Source: Escherichia coli (lineage in GTDB: Bacteria > Pseudomonadota > Gammaproteobacteria > Enterobacterales > Enterobacteriaceae). From it: 64,000 nt of DNA. The notes under the pieces are model-generated. The model saw only the letters and a program-made list of their open reading frames with translations. It had not been told where the DNA came from and ran no database searches. Below, piece by piece: positions 58,709 through 64,000 of this stretch (positions are counted from its first letter, which is position 1; each line of letters opens with the position of its first letter). The stretch lies in assembly GCF_030384885.1 (NCBI RefSeq), contig NZ_CP128613.1; one strand, written 5' to 3'. Both the position numbers and the translations under genes were made by a program.

Positions 58709-59331
58709 ATAGCCCCCCTTGCCCCTTTGATCCACAAACCGCACATTACCTCGGCACAGTGCAAATCCACTACACCTCAACCACCTTCAACGCTGCCGTT
58801 AAGCATTATACCTATCACATTAAAAAGCGTTTTAAAGGGGTTAAATGGGGAATTGGTACCGCTGGCTTATTGGCTATATTGCCCATGATCCCACAATGGT
58901 TGAAACCTTCTCATGACTTTAAACTCAACGCAATCAGTACGTTAATTCTTCTATTAATGTTGCCACTCCTCTTATCAATGTTCCTGTTAATCAGCAGAAG
59001 AATTAACGATTTTAAGTCAAAAACAAAGCAAGTTACTTTTACGAAACCCGTGCGTTATGCGTTTTATTTCGAGGGGATTGTTTTTTATGAATCTCATCAG
59101 CAGGGCATACTTCGCTGGGAAGATTTTTATGGCATTGAGTATGAAGAAGATTATTTGTGGCTTTTTCTGCATTTACCGAAGAGTTTTCCCAGAGAAGCGA
59201 CGAAAGCGTTTTGCGATATTTTCATTCCCACCAGTGCGATAAAAGCGCAGCCTGAACTGGATACGTTTTTTCGTGAAACACGCCACTCGCTGGATTATCT
59301 GTTTGTCCCGTTTAATTCTGACAGAAAATAA
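58705..59331 (+). CDS. islet 2 ORF C: small membrane protein, possibly YcxB-like (two TM helices plus a PH-like domain)
   Basis: ATG at 58705 overlaps the ORF B stop (ATGA); two hydrophobic helices (GIGTAGLLAILPMIPQWL; ISTLILLLMLPLLLSMFLLI) followed by a soluble domain. Confidence 0.6.
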   Translation: MNSPPCPFDPQTAHYLGTVQIHYTSTTFNAAVKHYTYHIKKRFKGVKWGIGTAGLLAILPMIPQWLKPSHDFKLNAISTLILLLMLPLLLSMFLLISRRINDFKSKTKQVTFTKPVRYAFYFEGIVFYESHQQGILRWEDFYGIEYEEDYLWLFLHLPKSFPREATKAFCDIFIPTSAIKAQPELDTFFRETRHSLDYLFVPFNSDRK

Positions 59332-59334
59332 CAT

Positions 59335-59362
59335 ATCCCCCGTATCTGGTGAAACGGGGGAT
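59335..59362 (-). terminator. pck rho-independent terminator (also ends islet 2)
   Basis: atcccccgt-atctggtgaa-acgggggat perfect stem; T-rich on the minus strand after the hairpin. Confidence 0.7.
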
Positions 59363-59383
59363 TTCGTCGCTTAACTTATCGGA

Positions 59384-61006
59384 TTACAGTTTTGGACCAG
59401 CCGCTACCAGCGCGGCACCCGCTGGGGTGTCGGTGTATTTATCGAAGTTGTCGATAAACAGTTTCGCCAGAGTTTCGGCTTTTTCCTGCCACTGTTCAGG
59501 AGAAGCGTAGGTGTTACGCGGATCGAGGATCTTAGTGTCTACGCCCGGCAGTTCAGTCGGGATTGCCAGGTTAAACATCGGCAAAGTGAAGGTTTCTGCG
59601 TTATCCAGCGAACCGTTGAGGATGGCGTCGATAATGGCGCGGGTATCTTTAATGGAGATACGTTTGCCAGTACCGTTCCAGCCAGTGTTAACCAGATATG
59701 CCTGCGCACCCGCCGCTTGCATACGTTTCACCAGCACTTCTGCGTACTGAGTTGGGTGCAGCGACAGGAACGCCGCGCCGAAGCAAGCGGAGAAGGTTGG
59801 CGTCGGTTCGGTGATGCCACGTTCAGTACCGGCCAGTTTGGCGGTGAAGCCAGAGAGGAAGTGGTACTGAGTTTGATCGGCAGTCAGGCGAGAAACCGGC
59901 GGCAGCACACCAAAGGCGTCTGCGGTCAGGAAGATAACTTTAGTTGCGTGGCCCGCTTTGGAAACCGGTTTAACGATGTTATCGATGTGATAGATCGGAT
60001 AAGAAACGCGGGTGTTCTCGGTTTTTGAACCATCGTCAAAATCGATAGTGCCATCTTCACGTACGGTGACGTTTTCCAGCAGCGCATCGCGACGGATAGC
60101 GTTGTAGATTTCAGGTTCCGCTTCTTTCGACAGCTTGATGGTTTTCGCGTAGCAGCCGCCTTCGAAGTTAAACACGCCGTCGTCATCCCAGCCGTGCTCG
60201 TCATCGCCAATCAGGCGACGTTTCGGGTCGGTGGAAAGGGTGGTTTTACCGGTGCCGGAAAGGCCAAAGAACACCGCAACATCGCCTTTCTCGCCAACGT
60301 TGGCGGAGCAGTGCATAGAAGCGATGCCTTTCAGCGGCAGCAGGTAGTTCATCATCGAGAACATCCCTTTCTTCATTTCGCCGCCGTACCAGGTACCGCC
60401 AATCAACTGCATACGCTCGGTCAGGTTAAACGCCACGAAGTTTTCAGAGTTCAGCCCCTGCTCTTTCCACTGGGGGTTAGTGCATTTTGCGCCGTTCATA
60501 ACGATAAAGTCAGGTTTAAAACCAGCCAGCTCTTCATCGCTCGGGCGAATAAACATGTTTTTGACAAAATGCGCCTGCCAGGCCACTTCGGTGATGAAAC
60601 GGACGGAAAGACGCGTGTCTGGGTTCGCACCACAGAAAGCGTCGACAACGAACAGACGTTTGCCAGAAAGCTGTTTGGTCACCAGGCCCTTCAGATGCTG
60701 CCAGGTTTCCGGAGAGAGAGGTTTGTTGTCGTTCTTACCTTTGCCTTTATCAGCCCACCAGAAGGTATCGCGAGTGGTATCGTCACGGACGATATACTTA
60801 TCTTTTGGTGAGCGACCGGTGAATATACCGGTATCGACGGCAACGGCACCCAGATTAGTTAACACCCCGCGCTCATAACCTGTCAGGCTCGGATCGAGCT
60901 CTTCCTGATACAGCAGGTCGTAGCTTGGGTTGTAAACGATATCATGTACGTCACTGATACCATAAGCCTCGAGTTCTTGCGGGGTCAAACCATTGTTAAC
61001 GCGCAT
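59384..61006 (-). CDS. pck: phosphoenolpyruvate carboxykinase (ATP)
   Basis: Start set at [17 protein letters not shown]; kinase-1a motif GLSGTGKTT; 540 aa. Confidence 0.96.
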
Positions 61007-61384
61007 TTCACTGCTCCTTAGCCAATATGTATTGCCTGAATAGTAAAGTCTTTTTGGGGGTGTTAACCGCGACAAGGCTCATAGATTTACGTATCTGGAG
61101 AAATTCATATTTGACAAAAAACTCCGTGATTCCTGTCACGAAACGGTTGCTATTATCGCAGAAATAGCATTTTAGGTGTGGAAAATGTTCTTAAAAGGTT
61201 AAATCTTGGTTTATATGGCGGGAATATTGTGAGTGGAATCGCATTCCTGAATGAAATTGATGCAAATTCAATCGGTAAAGTATCGATTCACCACGCTAAC
61301 TTTTTTTGATTATTTTCTGAAAAAAGCAAAATACTACGGCCCGGATGCGATAATTAACCCACTTTTTGATTCTGGATAACTAAC

Positions 61385-63109
61385 ATGGATAACGTTGAAC
61401 TTTCACCCGCAACACGCTGGGGGATGATTGTTACCGGATTACTTCAGGGTCTAGTTTGCTACCTACTGATCGCCTGGCTTTCCGGAAAAAATCACAGTTG
61501 GATTGTTTATGGCGTGCCTGCGACCGTCGCGTTTTCATCCGTTTTACTCTTCTCCGTGATCTCCTTTAAACAGAAGCGCCTTTGGGGATGGCTGGCGCTG
61601 GTGTTTATTGCCACGCTGGGAATGAGCGGCTGGCTGAAGTGGCAAACTGATGGCATGAACCCCTGGAGAGCTGAAAAGGCGCTTTGGGATTTTGGTTGCT
61701 ATCTGCTGCTGATGGCAATGTTGTTGCTACCGTGGATACAACAAAGCCTTCGCATCCGCAATGACAGTAGCCGCTATCGCTATTTTTACCAGTCAGTATG
61801 GCATAACGTACTTATATTACTGGTGATTTTTCTCGCCAATGGCCTGACGTGGCTGGTACTTTTACTGTGGGGCGAGTTGTTTAAACTTGTTGGCATCACG
61901 TTTTTCAAAACGCTCTTTTTTGCAACCGACTGGTTTATTTATCTCACGTTAGGTCTGGTTACCGCACTGGCGGTGATCCTCGCGCGTACACAGTCACGTT
62001 TAATCGACTCTATTCAAAAGTTGTTCACGTTAATCGCCACGGGGTTGCTGCCGTTAGTATCATTGCTAACCCTGATGTTTATCATCACCCTGCCGTTTAC
62101 GGGCCTGAGCGCGATTTCTCGCCACATCTCCGCCGCCGGGTTGCTGTTGACGCTGGCCTTTTTGCAATTGATTTTAATGGCTATTGTCCGCAATCCGCAA
62201 AAAGCGTCACTTCCCTGGACGGGGCCGTTGCGTTGCCTGATTAAAACCGCTCTGCTGGCTGCTCCGCTGTATGTGTTCGTCGCCGCCTGGGCGTTATGGC
62301 TGCGGGTCGCTCAGTACGGCTGGACTGTCGACCGCTTGCAGGGCGCGCTGGCGGTGCTGGTGTTACTGATATGGTCGCTGGGGTATTTTGTCAGTATCGT
62401 CTGGCGTAAAGGGCAAAACCCTCTTGTTCTTCAGGGCAAAGTGAACCTTGCGGTTTCGTTATTGGTGTTGGTAATACTGGTGCTTCTTAATTCGCCGGTG
62501 CTGGATAGTATGCGCATTAGTGTGAACAGTCATATGGCACGTTATCAGAGCGGCAAGAACACGCCAGATCAGGTAAGTCTCTACATGCTCGAACAGAACG
62601 GTCGCTATGGACGTGCGGCGCTTGAGTCGCTGAAAAGCGATGCCGAGTATATGAAAGACCCGAAACGCGCACGGGATCTGCTGATGACGTTAGATGGAGA
62701 GCAACATCTTCAGGAACAGGTATCGGAAAAAGTATTAGCCGAAAATGTGTTAATTGCCCCAGGCTCTGGCAAACCGGATACGGCATTCTGGTCGGCCTTA
62801 ATCCAGGATCGCTATAACGTGATGACCTGTATTGAAAAAGACGCCTGCGTACTGGTCGAGCAAGATCTGAATAGTGATGGTCAGGTGGAGCGGATCCTGT
62901 TTGCTTTTAATGATGACAGAGTCATTGTCTATGGCTTTGACCCGGCCAGAAAAGAATGGGACGCGCTTGATATGAGTTTACTTCCGCGCCAAATAACGAA
63001 AGAAAAATTACTCGCTGCTGCGAAGGATGGAAAACTGGGGACGAAGCCTAAAGCATGGTGTGATCTGACGGTAGATGGTGAAACGCTGGAAATAAACCTA
63101 AGTAAGTGA
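61385..63109 (+). CDS. yhgE: polytopic inner membrane protein YhgE
   Basis: 574 aa; multiple TM helices in the N-terminal two thirds. Confidence 0.85.
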   Translation: MDNVELSPATRWGMIVTGLLQGLVCYLLIAWLSGKNHSWIVYGVPATVAFSSVLLFSVISFKQKRLWGWLALVFIATLGMSGWLKWQTDGMNPWRAEKALWDFGCYLLLMAMLLLPWIQQSLRIRNDSSRYRYFYQSVWHNVLILLVIFLANGLTWLVLLLWGELFKLVGITFFKTLFFATDWFIYLTLGLVTALAVILARTQSRLIDSIQKLFTLIATGLLPLVSLLTLMFIITLPFTGLSAISRHISAAGLLLTLAFLQLILMAIVRNPQKASLPWTGPLRCLIKTALLAAPLYVFVAAWALWLRVAQYGWTVDRLQGALAVLVLLIWSLGYFVSIVWRKGQNPLVLQGKVNLAVSLLVLVILVLLNSPVLDSMRISVNSHMARYQSGKNTPDQVSLYMLEQNGRYGRAALESLKSDAEYMKDPKRARDLLMTLDGEQHLQEQVSEKVLAENVLIAPGSGKPDTAFWSALIQDRYNVMTCIEKDACVLVEQDLNSDGQVERILFAFNDDRVIVYGFDPARKEWDALDMSLLPRQITKEKLLAAAKDGKLGTKPKAWCDLTVDGETLEINLSK

Positions 63110-63174
63110 CAATGCGTATTTGATTTTTTATCGGATACGACGCTTTATCTTACCAACAATAACTTGCGAATTAT

Positions 63175-63212
63175 TGCGTAGGCCTGGTAAGCGCAGCGCA
63201 TCAGGCCATTAC
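63175..63212. repeat. REP element
   Basis: gcgtaggcctggtaagcgcagcgcatcaggcc, REP-type palindrome between yhgE and hslO. Confidence 0.7.
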
Positions 63213-63253
63213 GTCGTAAAATCCGGCAGAGCACTCTCTGCCGGACATACTCA

Positions 63254-64000
63254 TTAATGAACTTGCGGATCTGCCGGAGACGCGTTGTTGCGGATTTCAG
63301 CAATATCCATCGCATTGAACAGATAGTGGTTACCGCAGTAATCACAATGCATGTCAATTTCGCCTTCTTCCGCCAGAATGCTATCCACTTCTTCATCCGG
63401 CAGTGTTTTTAGCGCGTCGGCGCAACGTTCACGCGAACAGGTGCATTTGAACTCCACATCCTGCGGATCGTAAACCGTCACCTCTTCTTCGTGATACAAA
63501 CGCCACAACACTTCGTTTGCCGGTAAGGTCAGCAGTTCTTCGGTTTTGATGGTTTCGGTTAGCGTTGCCAGGTGGTCAAAGTCGTCCTGCTGGGCATTTT
63601 GCGCAGGCATTACCTGCAACAACATACCGCCTGCAGCCGGTTTGCCGTCTACGTCGCCGGTGCGAATAAACAGGCGCGTCGGCAGCTGTTCAGAACGCAT
63701 AAAGTAATCTTCCAGGCAGGCCGCCAGGGTATCACCTTCCAGACCCACCACGCCCTGATAGCGTTCACCTTCGCTCGGGGTGATGGTGATCACCACGTAA
63801 CCATTGCCCACTAGCGTTTTCAGGTCGGCATTTTCCGGAATTTCGCCCTGTACGCGCGCGACGCCACGCATCTGCTGTTTGTTGTTTCCGTTGATGACCG
63901 CCAGACTCATCGGGCCGTCGCCTTGCAGCTGTACGGTGATATCACCATCAAATTTTAGCGTAGCGGTTAACAGGCTGGTCGCAACCAGCAGTTCTGCCAG
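63254..64000 (-). CDS. hslO: redox-regulated chaperone Hsp33 (HslO), 3' part; the 5' end lies beyond the window
   Basis: C-terminal zinc centre CTCS...[10 protein letters not shown]; the frame stays open to the window edge, upstream of the first Met in the track. Confidence 0.9.
   Translation of the reverse strand: MAELLVATSLLTATLKFDGDITVQLQGDGPMSLAVINGNNKQQMRGVARVQGEIPENADLKTLVGNGYVVITITPSEGERYQGVVGLEGDTLAACLEDYFMRSEQLPTRLFIRTGDVDGKPAAGGMLLQVMPAQNAQQDDFDHLATLTETIKTEELLTLPANEVLWRLYHEEEVTVYDPQDVEFKCTCSRERCADALKTLPDEEVDSILAEEGEIDMHCDYCGNHYLFNAMDIAEIRNNASPADPQVH

Noticed and set aside
59057-59242. 61-aa plus-strand ORF inside islet 2 ORF C in another frame
   Set aside because: Fully nested within the longer ORF C frame, which has a coupled start and membrane-protein features.
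60194-60878. 205-aa and 132-aa plus-strand ORFs inside pck
   Set aside because: Antisense to the Pck frame, which has the canonical kinase-1a motif.

Overview
The window reads as a contiguous Escherichia coli-type chromosomal segment, with gene order ugpA(3' end)-ugpE-ugpC-ugpQ / yhhA / ggt / yrhB / yhhY / ryhB / yhhX / yhhW / gntR-gntK-gntU / yhgN / asd / glgB-glgX-glgC-glgA-glgP / [islet 1 + IS] / glpD / glpE-glpG-glpR / rtcR / rtcB-rtcA / malT / malP-malQ / gntT / nfuA / gntX / bioH / yhgA / feoC-feoB-feoA / yhgF / greB / ompR-envZ / [islet 2] / pck / yhgE / hslO(partial). Core genes were identified by reading the supplied translations against protein sequences I recall; no database search was run. 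Start codons were adjusted where the six-frame ORF is N-terminally extended. Two accessory islets interrupt this conserved backbone. Islet 2 (about 56.7-59.3 kb) is a roughly 2.6 kb, lower-GC insertion between the convergent envZ and pck terminators. It carries three tightly linked same-strand ORFs: a SUKH (SMI1/KNR4)-like domain fused to a helical-repeat domain, a 176-aa unknown, and a small membrane protein joined to it by an ATGA stop/start overlap. This is my best candidate for an undescribed module (immunity-like or defence-like), with function unproven. Islet 1 (about 23.1-26.3 kb, between glgP and glpD) encodes a membrane-domain/PstS-like binding-protein fusion, a lipoprotein paralog of the binding domain and a stand-alone paralog of the membrane domain. 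It is followed by an intact IS3-family (IS911-like) element with a 3-bp target duplication. Regulatory elements readable directly from sequence include the RyhB sRNA and its Fur box, GntR operators, a GlpR operator palindrome, a sigma-54 promoter for rtcBA, MalT boxes upstream of malP, several rho-independent terminators and REP elements. No CRISPR array, tRNA or rRNA gene was seen.
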